Origin: Eledone cirrhosa
Lineage: Eukaryota
DNA: 64,000 nt
Assembly (NCBI GenBank): GCA_964016885.1
Contig: OZ024742.1
Span: forward strand, 284,332,001 to 284,396,000
Direction: 5' to 3'
Shown here: positions 13,534 to 27,189 of the stretch, piece after piece
How positions within the stretch are numbered: position 1 is the stretch's first letter
How the letters are laid out: each line of letters starts with the position of its first letter
Made by a program: the position numbers and the translations under genes
The notes under the pieces: generated by a model
The model's input: only the letters and a program-made list of their open reading frames with translations
Database searches by the model: none
What the model was told of the DNA's origin: nothing

Positions 13534-15654
13534 TAGTTCGTGCTTAATTTATGTTGACATTAAAGAAGATGAGGAATAAACTACTGGATTACAAACGTTT
13601 CGGTCTATCGCAAGTAGAGGCAATGTGGAACACGTGTTCTACACAGAAAACACAATGTAACTAAGATCGAGACCAACTACAGAGTTGCTTTTTTTTTTTA
13701 ATCGAGTTTTTCAAGGTTAACTGCAGTTCCTATAACCCTTTTCAAGTCCTACAAGACTGGTAGGAGGGAGAGAGAGCAGAGGGTTTCCTTACACTGGAGG
13801 TCTGACCTGAATGCTTCCAACAGAGTGGAATATACTAGAGACATTAAAGAGTAGGTTGGTGGTATTAAACTGGACGACAATGGATACTGAAATTAAGTAA
13901 TAAGTTTACAAGTATTTCCAAAATAGTGATGAAGGCCAATATTTTATATATTTTTTATTGTATCCACAGTTCACATATCTATATAGATTTTCATTGGGTT
14001 TTTGTGTGTCTGGGTGTGGGGATATATATATCTTCATTTGTACCTTTAACATGTGTAGATTTCTTAGTTGTTACTGTTAATGATTTTCAGAATTAGGATA
14101 ACAAACTAGATACTAGCCAAATGAAGAATGGAAATCACTTAAAACCATGTCTATTTCTATTGTCTAATTAATGACCATTCACCCAGGATTATCAGTTTCT
14201 GTATATGGTCACTGGAACTGCTATAAATAGTATCCAAATCTTCAATAGGTAACACCCTATTGTCTTAAACAAGATAAGAACAACAGCATGAATTACAGAT
14301 ACAGTAAAGCAACTTCATCTTATGCTTTATCAATTCCACAGCCCCTGGATTGAATTGGTACTTTTTTATCCCCAGCCCAAAAGGGCAAAAAGCAAAGTCG
14401 ACTTCAGTAGGGTTTGAACTTGGAGCACAGAAAACCAGAACAAATACCACAAAGCATTTTAATCTGACACTAACTAATGATACCAATTTGCAGCTTATAT
14501 GACCTATATTAACAAACGTCAAATTTTAATATTTAGAGTTTGCCGAACTATTGTGGTAATATTCTTTAAAAGATAAAAGAAAAGAAAAAGAAAGAGAGAG
14601 AAATTAGGTATTTATTATTGCCATCTTATTTTGCTTTTTATCATAAAATTAGAAATGATAACCAGAAAATTCCATTCTACATCATAAAAAGAGAAAAGGT
14701 TTCCATTTCAACCAACCCACAATTTACCCCCCCCCCCCCCAGTATATCTCATCCCCTTCTGTAGTTTAAGGATCACTAGGATGAATAGAGAACAGCTGTA
14801 TTTGACAAGAATGTTGATGAAATAAGGAACAATACCTTGGTCAAGTTACTTAAATGACTTTCTAACAGCACTGTTATCATTGGTAAAATTCTCCCCTTAC
14901 CCAAAATTAATTTTTAATTAGGCATGGAGGTTTTTTGAGGGGAAGAGCAGTAGTGTGTGTGTTTTTTACGGTTTATTCCAGTGATACCTAATATTTTTAC
15001 TACCAAGGATCCTTTTTATGTAAATGAATTTCATGGAAACCCCAGCTTTTAAAAGATGTGTTTACTCAACAAGTGAATTTTATTAACTAGCAACAAAGTC
15101 GTTTTCTCAGTTCCTTGGCTTTGAAATTTTATAAGTTTCTCAACAGTTTTAAAATTTATTCATTTTCCCAAACAAGTTTACCCAATTAAAATGGTTCTCT
15201 ACGAATATGCATTATTCCAGTATAGTCATAACCGAATGACTGAAAACCGGCATAGTTCGGAGTGGGGTATAGCTAATATAGTTTATAAAATCGATTCAAA
15301 GGTAATGATATCAATGGTTATAATTTTTTTTTATATATGTATGAATATAGTGGGGGAAAAATTGATTCCACCACGGCGAGATTTGAACTCAGAATCACAT
15401 ATTAGAAGGCAATAAGCTTAGACCAACGTTCCATTATTTCAACAATACAATATGCTATTTTATTTCGGAGATAGATTTAATTAAAACTAAGATGCAACAA
15501 TTAATAATTTGGAATGATAAATCAATTATGAAAAACCCATAAAATTTACTGAAATGAAACTTTAAACCCCCCCCCCCCCCCCCCCCCCTGCTATAGCTGA
15601 CTTCGAAAGTTGAATATTATAAAGATGTGATGGTGGTAGAGTAAAAAAGACAAG

Positions 15655-15840
15655 AGTGACGTGAAGAGATGCTTTTCACTCTCTCTCAGTAGATTTTATA
15701 CGATGTAGTGGTAGAGTCAGGCACACACAAAAGTATGTCGGTGGAGTGACTGTGCCAAAAATACCAGACCACACACGCGTTCATTGAATTACACCATTTC
15801 TGGGTCACGGGCCAAGATGGCGGGTAGCACTTCCTTTTTT
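15655..15840. promoter_or_regulatory. candidate intronic enhancer/promoter in patched intron
   Basis: Non-repetitive, CpG-containing patch with Gli-like GACCACACA (15767-15775), YY1-type CAAGATGGCGG (15813-15823), ETS-like CACTTCCT and CRE-like TGACGT. Confidence 0.35.
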
Positions 15841-16689
15841 GTTTCCAGTGACAAGCAAATAATAGTAGTGTGCGCGTGTGTATATAGGTATATACACACT
15901 GCATGAATGGAGGGGTGTATAATGAGGATGTGCGTATTTATGTGTGTAGATGCTTTTCCTTTTCAGTGTGTCTACTATATATACTTATGTATATGTTTGT
16001 GTAAGCCAAACCAGAAAAGGTCCCAGCGCGCATTTCATTGAAACTCGAAGCAAAGAGATTTACTTGCTTTTATTACATTATATATATAGTATATAATATA
16101 TATAATATATATATTTTTTTAAATATATATATACACATACACACACATAGTAAATGTTTATGTTTTAGTTGTGATATTTTTTCATCACGTTTTATAAAAG
16201 GAGGGTGGTGGATTTAAAGTTTTGTTTTTGTTTAAGTTACGTCTAAGAAAAAATTCGTTGTTTTACCGACAACTATAACAAACAAACAATTACACATACA
16301 TATATAATGCTCTCATTCATTATTAAAAAAAAAACAATTTGAGACAGAAAACAGTAGCAAAGCTGAAATTCTGACTCAAATGGGTTTGTTTATATGAGTA
16401 ATATCATTTTACGTTAAAAATCTTAGTTAATTCATTCATAATTATGTGTGTATATTGCTTTTTGCTTTATACCAATATACCACGTCTCACTACCACAATT
16501 CTCTTCTGACTACTCCCTTCTCACCATGTCCATCTCCTGCCACTGGCCATTCCCCTCTATCAGCCTATTTCTTCTTTAATTTCCCATTCTATTTTCTGAT
16601 GAAGGACTAGCGTCCGAAACATTTTCCTACAATATCAAGCGTAAAACTAATGTATTTCTTCATTGTCTTTTGCATATATATATATATAT

Positions 16690-17230
16690 CATCGTTTAAC
16701 GGACATTTTTCCACGCTAGCATGGGTTAAACAGGTTGTCCAGTTGTTAGACATGTCATATCAGATGACCGTGTCTTGCTCATATGGAACTGTTTTGGGCT
16801 TGGTTTCTATGGCTGAATATCCTTCCTAACGCCAACCACATTTACTGTGCGGACTGTGTGCTTTTTATCATGTCATCAAAACGACCACCTTACAGGTTGG
16901 TCTAAGCGCTTTTTGTTGTGTCACAGTCACAACCACTCTACAGGGTGGACAGTGCTTTTGTCGTGTCCACATGGCCACCTTACAGAGCAGGTGGGGTGCT
17001 CTTCGTCGTGTCACCAACCCGACCACTCCCCAGGTCAAACCAAGCACCTTTTGTGTGCCACCACATGACCACTTTACATGGTGGACTGGGTACTTATTTG
17101 TCATGTCACCAGCACGATGCCCCCCTTCAGGGAGGCCTAGGTGCTCTTTTGTCATGGCACCAACATGAGCACCGTACATGATGGACTAGCTTTTGTTGTG
17201 TCACCAGAATGACCATCTTACAGAGCCATT
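16690..17230 (-). repeat. SINE/RTE tail with an internally amplified ~37-bp minisatellite
   Basis: Begins with the shared tail (catcgtttaacgg..ctagcatggg..ccttcctaacgccaaccac), then about 10 diverged units like acagggtggacagtgcttttgtcgtgtc. A related shorter array is at 24060-24340 (+). Confidence 0.65.
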
Positions 17231-17789
17231 TCAGCAGTATTGTGGCAGAGTGTGTTATGCTTCCATGCTCATATACATGGGTTGCACCATATTCAGCTAA
17301 GTACACTATACTTGGGAAAGTAGAGTGTGTATAGTAAAAAGTTAGTGCCTGACAGCTGAGCTCGCCATATCACTGGTGAGTAGATAACTGAATTATTTGA
17401 TCATTTTCAGTTATTTTCATATGCTGATTCTTCAGGGGTGAGATGTGGGGAAAGTAGAGAAAAGAGTGAAGTTGGGGGAAAAGTTAGAGCAAACTCTTTG
17501 GGATGGGGTGAAGTGTCTGTTGCAATGCCTGTGTGTGCAGGCGCACCCCTGGGACTTTGATTTATGTATTATTTACCCACCTCTTAGTTGTGTGTGCATG
17601 TATATGTATGCATGCGGCTTGGGTGGTGCTTAGGTATATATATATATGTATGTATGTGTGCATATATATATATCATCTCTCCACTCACCACATTTGTCTC
17701 ATGTATATACAGCAAATAGTAGATATTTATGGTTTGTACAAGGTGTGAAATTTGGGTGGGAGGGAACAACCAGAGGGTCATGAGGGCAG

Positions 17790-17970
17790 AGTCCTCAACC
17801 ACTCCTTTCAGTGGGTCCTGTCAGAAGCAACCATCGCCAATTGAGTAAGACCAACCATCCTCGTGGATCTAACTATCTTGCTTGGGGGTCTACCCCTGGG
17901 TCCTCTGCTGGTTGGTTTAACCTGTAAAATCTGTCCAGCGATTCTTTTTCGAGACCTAACCACGTCTTTA
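17790..17970 (-). mobile_element. RTE LINE 3'-end fragment
   Basis: Minus strand reads HVVR..IAGQILQVKPTSRGPRGRP, like an RTE C-terminus; similar to 19090-19280. Confidence 0.55.
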
Positions 17971-18175
17971 TTTAAGATGAGGAGGGAGAGATTTGACTGC
18001 TATTTCTAGCAAGGTGAGCAACTACGTATGTAGAATCACTCGGGTCATTGAAAAAATATTTGGAGTTAAAATGGCAGCGACCATGGGAATAGGGTGGGAG
18101 CAGGAGGAGGAGGGAAGGAAATAATGAAAGAGGTTTGTGTTCAGTTTTATTTATTTAATGTATTCGGATACTTAC

Positions 18176-18368
18176 GCTCAACCCAGAGTTGTTCGACGTT
18201 GGTTTCCAATGTGCCTGTTTTCAGACCGAAGCAAAACAAAGAGAGCAGTAGTAATCCAAGGAAAAGAACTTTGCCATAATGAAGCTGGATGAAACAGCCG
18301 ACACTAAATAGCTGTTTTTGTAGGTGACATCGCACCCACAGAGCACATGTGTTTCCATGAGATTTACC
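18176..18368 (-). CDS. ptc: patched, second coding exon (GKSHGNTCALWVRCHLQKQLFSVGCFIQLHYGKVLFLGLLLLSLFCFGLKTGTLETNVEQLWVE; includes TM1)
   Basis: Aligns by eye to PTCH1 [64 protein letters not shown]. Acceptor ttttcttttttccag|GGT (phase 0) and donor GAG C|gtaagt (phase 1); 193 bp. Splices in frame to the 36010 exon (KQIKK|GKSHG). Confidence 0.95.
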
Positions 18369-19089
18369 CTGGAAAAAAGAAAATAATGAATAAAATAAAT
18401 ATATATGTCTATATAAATATATATGAGAGAGCGAAAGAGATTCAGGATTTTACTGAATATCTATACCAACTCTGTACCTAAACATGCAAACATGCATCGA
18501 GCACTACCCTGATCTGTGGTCTTCTTGTCTCCATACTGTGAACTCTTCACATACATACATAAACACAGTTACTCGAAACAAAAGTACTTCTGTAAAAGTT
18601 CAGAAAGTAAATAAATTTAACTACTCTTTTTTTAGTACTGAGTCCTTTAGTATATGATTTGTCTACTTAAACACCCAGTTTAAAATAACCTATAAACTTT
18701 CTCTTTCCTTTTCAGCAACATGGTGTATTAATGTTTGACAGAGTTAGATAAAAATCCTAACACCACATCAGAATATAGAAACAGAAAGAGAAGGGGGTGT
18801 TTAATGGGGAGAAGACAAACGAACATAAAAAAAACATAAAAGATGGGAAATAAAGAGTAAAATGCATGCATTGTGGTTGTTAGTCAGCCATTTTGGATAT
18901 AGATATATAAATCTTTTAGTGGATTCAATCAATGGAATGCATCCATTTTAAAAAATTGGTCTTCATTTATCAATCTTTATCGAATGGTCATGTTCCCCAC
19001 TAAGACATCCCTTTTCTAGACATAAATCATAAATACCACAAGGTATTTACACAGGTTTATAGACACATTTTACATACAGCTTGCACTGC

Positions 19090-20240
19090 AGAGTACACCC
19101 AACATCAACTGTTGACTTCTTCACCCACTTCGAGACCAGTTGAGCTCATGGATGTTATCCAACCATCTTGCTCGGGGTCTATCTACACCTGGGTCTTCTT
19201 CCATTTGGTTTTGCCCTATAAGATCTGTCCAGTGACTCTTTGCTTAGACATTCTAACCACATGTCAGTAGTATCGGGTGTAATCTCTCAATGCAGAGAAG
19301 TAGCAGCTCTACTGTGAGCGACTCTTGTACTTAACTCTGCCTTTCATCACTTGTGAACCTGGCCCCGAGATACTTGAACTTCACCTGCTTCGGTGGAACT
19401 CCATTCACACATAGAATGCACAGCACATGTTTCCATGAGAGGACAAGTGCCTCAGTTTTTGCAGCACTGATTTTCATTCCTGCCGTGCAGCACATGGCAG
19501 CAAATTCCAGCCTGCAAGTCTCGAAACCATCCGGCTGTGCATGACAATCTTGTCCATGAAGATTATGTCTGCAGAGGTGACAGTGTGCACCCTTGGGAAG
19601 TCAGACACCCACATGGAATGGTTTCAACTTAGCACCATTTATCCGAATACAAATATTGGAGACATCAGGAACACACCTTCTCTTCTCTTCAGAGAGTTGC
19701 ATCTTTGCAAGGTGGAGAGAATAATTTGTTGATCGCCTTAACTCGGTCACAATATCATCTTCCGATGTACACAGGAGCAATTAAAGCACTCTAATGTAGC
19801 AAGGCTACTAGGGAGGATGAAATTTGGCCAAAGATGTTAAAAGCCTTAAATAGGGGTATTCTCTGTCTGACGCCTGTGCTAGACGCCCTGGATCTCTGGA
19901 AAGGCACCTAAGCAATAGCAATTGGGAGTGATAATCCCAATTTTCAAGAAAGAGAGACAAGAGGGATCTCCTTGTTAAGCCTCTCCAGTAAAGTCTATGC
20001 TAAGTATCTGGCAAAGGGATGTAGAGATATTCTTGAGTCCAAGCTAGCTGACAAACAGTGTGGTTTCACCCCAGACACAGCTCAACCGACCAAATATTCA
20101 CACTGCAGCAGGTCTTTAAGAAATTGTAGGAATATTGCCAAGAGGTGTATTCTTGTTTCATAGACCTTGAAAAGGTATATGGACGGTTCTGCAGGAATAT
20201 GGAATCAATGGATAGCTTCTTGTTGCTCTGATCCAGCAGT
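19090..20240. mobile_element. RTE LINE fragments in opposite orientations
   Basis: 19090-19570 minus: IFMDKI, GMKISAAKTE, KFKYLG, RPNGRRPR. 19790-20240 plus: ISLLSLSSKVYAK..LADKQCGF..DLEK. Confidence 0.7.
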
Positions 20241-20924
20241 CGACTGGAATGATTTCATTGCCTTACCACAGTATTGATCCACTTAGTGGCACTGAGCAAC
20301 ATTTTATTTCACCTTGTAGCACAGTTTGTCAAACGGAAAAGATCTCATTTATTTTTTTTTACCTTCATTATCTATACAGCCTCCACAGCAAACCAAGTGC
20401 AACTATAACCTAACCAACAATACAGCCAACAGAGCAAATTAGGTGCAGCTATAGCAACTCCAACCATGTAGTAACTATTTTATTTTATTATTTGCTGAAG
20501 ATTCAATCTTTTCTCTAAGCTTTGGTCATTCTCTTTCTTGCTTTTGCCATAACCATGATATTTTCTGCTCCTTCCTTCTCTCTATGCATTCCTAAGTTCA
20601 ATGCCAGCTAGGTAAGACATTGAGGATCTAACTACAAATCCATGAAATCTCACTTCTACTGGAACTCCCACATACCGCCATCTTTGTGTGTCACACAATT
20701 CCGCAAGCCCTTCATATTTTAGCCCCTCCCTTTTTGTCCCATTTCTTTCCGCAGTACTGTCAACTCAATAATAAGAATGATTCTTAAGGTGAAGCCAGAT
20801 CATGCCATATAGCCATGACGTTGGTTTTATATTGCATCATAATGGCTTGGGCATGCACACAACTCATTTAAATCTAGTGGCAAATAGACGTTAAACAGTA
20901 ATGCCAAGGCTGCTGATATATATA

Positions 20925-22167
20925 AAGGGGGATGCAAAAGTAGGTATACTGTAAAGATTATACTAGTATTATAATAGTGGTGTTTGGATTCATTTAATAC
21001 TAGAATTGATTTAATTCATTATTGTATTTTTATTTTCATCATTTTTATTATAATACATATATTATTTGCAAGTAAAGTGGTAATTTAACGGACGAGGAGC
21101 ACAAATGGATTTTGAAACAGTATTGGAAGACAGAGAATAATGAATGTGTGCAATAGTGGCGAGAAACATTTGCATCACCTACACCAACAAGGCTCATGAT
21201 TTACAGGATACGTGACAAATTTGAGCTGACTGGGTCTATCCAAAACTTGCTGAAGCGTGGGCAACCAGTCACCATGAGAATACCAGAGAATGCAATGTAG
21301 GTTGCTCTGGCATTCACAGAGCCCTCAGAAATCGAAAAACAGGGCATCATCTGAGTGGGGTATTGAATGCAGATCATTGAGTAGTTTGATGCACTGAGCA
21401 GGACTGAAAATGTACTTGCCATGATTGATACATGGTTTATTGGAGGATGACTCAGATCGGCATTTACAATTTTGCAAAGCCACCCTGAATGAAGAACGAG
21501 AAGGTGACGGCATTCTGTGCAACATCGCATGGTCCGATGAAGCAAACATTAAGCTATCTGGTGCTATTAATTGACACAATTGTGTGAAAAATCTTAAAGT
21601 CATGATTGAGCAATAGCTCAATCAAACTGGGGTGACAGTGTGGTCTGGCCTGTCCTGCAAAGGTGTCATTGGACCTATCAATCTGTATAGAACTGTCGAT
21701 CAACACATTTGAATATGCTGGCACAATATACCTTTGGTATATTCGATTATACAGCAAGACAACTTCTACTTTCAGCACCACCGCACATTAAATTCACTGT
21801 GTGTGTGTGCTACATGACAAAGAATTTCCCGACAGGTGGATTAGACGTCAAGGAGTCGTTCATTGGCCACCACGTTCACTGGATTTTACCCCTAATGTCT
21901 TCTTTTTCTGGGGATGTGCAAGCCACATTCTGTTGATGCTATGATTCAGTTCATAGCTTGCCAGGAAATTGATGCTGATAAAGACCTTCATGCCAGAGTT
22001 ATGCACTGACCACACTTGACTAGTGAAGTGTGTGAATACTGGGGGCAAACAGTTTGAACATTTGAGGGATTAATATGTCCATTATTGATATGTTTGTATA
22101 ATCAATAAAATAAGTTTTCTGTGCACGTTTTGATTTTCATTACTGTATACTTACTTTTTCAGCCCTG
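20925..22167 (+). mobile_element. Tc1/mariner-superfamily DNA transposon (DUF4817-type, maT/rosa-like), transposase pseudogene
   Basis: Imperfect TIRs (aagggggatgcaaaagtaggtatactgtaa / ttactgtatacttactttttcagccctg) with TA flanks. Disrupted frames give IRDKFELTGSI, WSDEA..LSGAIN.HNC, VWSGLSCKGVIGP, WPPRSLDFTP and GGKQFEHL. Confidence 0.85.
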
Positions 22168-23494
22168 TATGTATGTATGTATGTATGTATGTATGTGTAT
22201 GTATGTATGTATATATATATATATATATATTATACATATAAAGCTCATTTATACATTGAAATCATATAAATATATTAAAAGCCTTCTATAGCCATTGATA
22301 TAGATTTTTCATTGTGTATGTTTTAGGTTCACCAATGTCTAATTTACAATATTTATTGCCAGTGGTTTATAAAGTTATAAAACACAAGCATTAAACGGTG
22401 ACTTGTGTAACTCTATATATATTTGCTAGCGAAGTGTAGCAAAACATATGGACTCCACCCTATATAATAATAATAATAATATGTTGTGGCTTCTCCACGT
22501 CTCCATTTTCCTATATATTCTTAATTCTATCGGAGTGTTATGTTTGTGTATGCTGTCATATATGTGTATGTGTGTGTAAGCGCGCTCATTAATTTCTAGA
22601 GAATGTATTTCATTCTAGGTTTGTACCCGTAATTACTGTATAATCACAGTCAATAAACTTGTCGAACTCTCCCATGGAGTTATTACTATTATTATTGCTG
22701 ACAACATGTATCTATTACCAGCCTCCGTCAGATACCGGATTTTTATCAAGATAATTACTGTAGTCAGCCCATCTCAATGATATACAACTGACAGAGAAAA
22801 GGTCTCCCTTAAAAAGTCTTTGGTATGAATGCTTTTTTTGTTGTTTTTTGTTGTTGATAAGATTATGTATTTGTTGCAGTATAGCGTATATGGCACAAAT
22901 TAATCTGGTAACCAGAACTTAACAGAAACCAGATATTGAGGATGATTTTGGCCTGATGAAGTTCATCCTCTTAGTACCGGTATAGGAGTTGGTTTTAATT
23001 TCAATCTTATTTAACTGGGTAACTATATTTTGTGTGATGTTTTTGGCTACTTTAATTGGCAAATATTGTTTTGCTTTACAAAGCAAGCAATATTTAAGTT
23101 CAGCTGTATATCTGAATATCTTTGTATTCATATAGAAAAATCTGGCCCTTTTGTCTTGCAATTAAGTTTCTTTCTACATTCTGTAGAGAAAGAGAGAGAA
23201 GTGCATAAGATGAAACTGAGAGAAAAGGAAATAGAGAAGGATATGTAGAACGAATGAACGTACTATTAAAGTTGGATTATTGGGAGACAGTTGAGGTAAA
23301 CAAAAAGTAATTTTCTAGTTCCATTGCATGTCCTCATTCAAATTTTCTAGTGACTTTAGCTAAATTTCGGAGTCGTCTCTCTTTCTCGACCAGAATTAAT
23401 TTAGTGGTGAGTTTTCATCTTTACTACGAGTACAATTTTAGTTAATTACATTTTTATAGTGTGTGTGTATGATTACATATATATACATACATAC

Positions 23495-23545
<51 letters not shown>

Positions 23546-23555
23546 AACATACACA

Positions 23556-23921
23556 CATCATCATCATTTTACGTCCGCTTTTTCCCTGCTTGCAAGGGTG
23601 GGACAGAAACCGATTCTGGCTTGATTTATACAGCTGGATGCCCTTCCTAACACCAACCCCATTTACAGTGAGTGCTAGGTGCTTTTTTGCTGTGGCACCC
23701 CCACGACCACTTTGCAGTGGAATGATAGACACCCCAGTCCCTATCATCTCATTTCTAAACTGGAGCAATGTGAAATAAAGTGTCTTGCTCAAGGAAACAA
23801 CACATCACCCGGTCTGAGAATTGAACTCACAACCTTTCGATTGCAAGACCAATGCTCTAACCACTAAGCCATGTGCCTCCATAGACCAATGCTCTAACCA
23901 ACCACTAAGCCATGTGCCTCC
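23556..23921 (-). mobile_element. tRNA-derived SINE (same family), with a duplicated head fragment
   Basis: Highly similar to 10685-11023. 23884-23921 repeats the 5' head. Confidence 0.85.
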
Positions 23922-24347
23922 ATATATATATATCACTGGACCGAGATCTTTGGCGCTACACAGTAATACAGAAGACCCGCCTTACCTAAGTACAAAGTGA
24001 AACCTAATACACCCCCGTCCCACTACCCCCACCCCCTTCAATGTGAAGTTATGTTGGTACCACAACATCCAGTCCGAAAAAAATGAGGTCGTGTAGGTGT
24101 CACGACAAAAAAACACTCAGTCCACGCTGTAATGTGGCCGTGTAGGTACCACGGTAAAAACCTCCCAGTCCACACTGTAAACGTGGTTGGTGTTAGGAAA
24201 CGCATCCAGCCGTAGAAAACCCGCCAGACAGTCCTATGCGAGCAAGACAACCACTCTTGCCTCAAGTGGGAAAACTCCCGTCCAAACCCATGCAAGCGTG
24301 GAAGATGGACGTTAAACGATGATGATGATGATGATGATATATATATG

Positions 24348-24421
<74 letters not shown>

Positions 24422-24533
24422 TACATACATCATATATATATGAGTTCTCGGAAATGGTGTGTTAACTGTTGTGGAACTACTTCTACCAAACTGAGTGCTC
24501 TGCTACTGCGAGTATAACCCACCAGTTTTCTAC

Positions 24534-24571
<38 letters not shown>

Positions 24572-25699
24572 GAGAAGGGCATGATGTGGTAGAATACTGT
24601 CTCACAATGTCCCATCTATCCCATGTCGGCATGAAAAGGGAATAGACGTAGATACGAGAGTAGTGGTGATAAACGATGACCTTTAGCAGATTCAACTCAA
24701 TACAGTACTCAATTTGTCTAGTAATTTTATTTCTCAAACCCAGGAAGAATGGACAAGCAACAAACAAAGCCAGGCTCAACGGACGGGAATTGAACACCGA
24801 ATGTAAAGGAATGTAACTGAATACTGCGGCAAGATATTTATTTTGTTTGCCGCTGTACCAATTTTGTGTGTTGCCATCCAACCGCCTTTTGCCAAATTAT
24901 AATGTAAGGAGGGAGGGCGGTAAAAACAAAATGTTACGGAATGTTCTCGGCGAACATGTGTGGCCCAACGAAACTCTACTGGCAGAAGTGAAGAAATCTT
25001 GAGATTAGATAGCAAAATAGTCTCGGTTGTTTGCGGGAGACAAATGATAAGGAAAGATTGGAAAGACGGGAGGGGTGAGATATGTAGACGACAGAAAGAT
25101 ACTGTGAGAGTGAGGGGGAAGATAAGCAGACGACAGAGCGATACTAGAAGAGAAAGAGAGAGGGGGATAAGCAGACGAGAGGGTGATACAAGTGAGAGAG
25201 AGGCAAAGACTGAGAAAGAGATAAGCAGAGAACTGGGTGATACGTGAGAGAAAGAGAAGAGAAATAGAAAGGGGGAAAGGGCAAGAAACAGAGAGAACGG
25301 AGATAAAGAGAATGATGATTAAAATGGGGATGAAAAATAAGGGGTGAGAAAATAGAAATAACTAGTGGGTGAAAAAATAATATACAAAGTAACTGCGAAG
25401 GAAAAGGGTAAGAAATACGAAATAGGAAAGAGGGACGGTGAAAAGAAACAAATAGAAAAAGAGAGAGATCGTGTGTGGCTTAGAACTATTTACTAACCTG
25501 ATTATATTGTCTTAGTAAATAATCAAAATATAATTTATCTCACAGCAAAACATTTTCTTTAATCACTCTACTTCCTCCTTTCTTAACATATAATTAATTA
25601 GTTTATAGAATTCTCTCAATGAATTAATGTCTCGATTAGACATATTAAGTTGTACCTTGTAAAGTCCATATGTATGTGTGTGTATATATATATATACAT

Positions 25700-25753
<54 letters not shown>

Positions 25754-27124
25754 TATATATAAGTGATCAAACACGTTTCATATTACAAAATGAAGCATAC
25801 ATAATAAAAATATAGTTGATGTTTGTTACAATTTACTAGTAGTTTTAAAGAAACTAAAACATGCTTTAGTCAAACAGCGGTCAATGACTCATCATTTTTC
25901 TAGCTTCTGTTTCCAGAGAACTGAGGACGATCAAAGAGAGAGAGAGAGAGAGTCAGCGACTGATCAGAGTTCAAGCATTTCTTGATTCTTTCGCTATGAA
26001 TAGAGGACCACCAGAGGGAATGGGAGAATGAAAGAGAATCTATCATGAGGATTTTAATTGCGTTCTGTCCAGTTTAAGACTAGAAGGGCGATTAAAGTTC
26101 AAGATTGTTTTCTCGATGTGTTCATGATTTGGCTTTGGGGGTGGCGGGGCTGTCGAATGACACCAGATTTATCACTTTGTTTTACTGACTAATAAAGTAT
26201 AAAAGGTAAAATCAATTCGGCAGGACTTGAATTCAGAAAACAAAGGAGGCAACGTAACTGTGTTGTATCCCTTTAGGTATGGTAGGAAAAGTAATGCTTT
26301 GCCTTTGATCTCTGACTGGCAAGACTGATTGATGTTCAGTCTGAACATCTGCAAAAACGAGCCAACGAGAGAACCCTACTTGGTCGCTCTACCTAATATC
26401 AACAAAATATCCCTCACATCACACACTTTGGGGCCTTGAGCTCCCTGCACAGGATAAATATGGTATGATCATGACTGGAATGCCTTTGGTTATATATATG
26501 TCTACTCGATCAGGGCTGACTTGAAGTTAAATAATAACAAACTACTAGAAAATTATAGGCACTAGAATACCTGCGACGTGAACATCTTTATGAAACCCAT
26601 GATCCAGATAATATTGCTGTTGAAATTCTTTAGCCCAAACAGAATTAACCCTCGAATATCAGACCTCTGATCAAAGATTTCCAACCATAACCATCCTGTT
26701 TTGGGCTTTTTTTTTCTTTTCATATAGTTTATATAGAACCACGTTTACCCAATGTAGGCTCTGTGTAATTTGCGCTGTGATTCAGTTGCTTTTTCCAGCA
26801 AATCAAGCAACCTCATAGAGGCTCCCCAAGTTGGCCAAGTCGTGGTAATAAAACCTGTATACGTGTTAGGCCTCTGGCACTACCCAATCCAATGTGAAGA
26901 GGAAAAAAGAAAAAGAAAAAACGCGACGAAATAAACATTGGTTACTTATACCCACAAATACATTACTTCACAAAAATATATATAGACGGGTGGATTTATA
27001 TTTTAAGAGTGTAAACGCGTTTGTGCAAGTGTTATATGTAGGGAATGAACGAGGCAATCTCACTGCCCCATAAATATGCATACACACACGCACACATGTG
27101 CGCGTATATATATATATATATAAT

Positions 27125-27189
<65 letters not shown>

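Noticed and set aside
16590-16630. Hammerhead core CTGATGA-A-GGAC-tagc-GTCC-GAAAC (+)
   Set aside because: No downstream helix I partner or usable helix III; a truncated relic.
770-18100. Patched exon 3 (expected GGR..EL.Y motif)
   Set aside because: No convincing match found by eye; probably outside the window, though a diverged exon could have been missed.
22890-22990. Hairpins with GAAA..GTA and an internal CTGATGA
   Set aside because: No CUGANGA box 5' of helix II; the CTGATGA present sits in a loop. At best a truncated Penelope relic.
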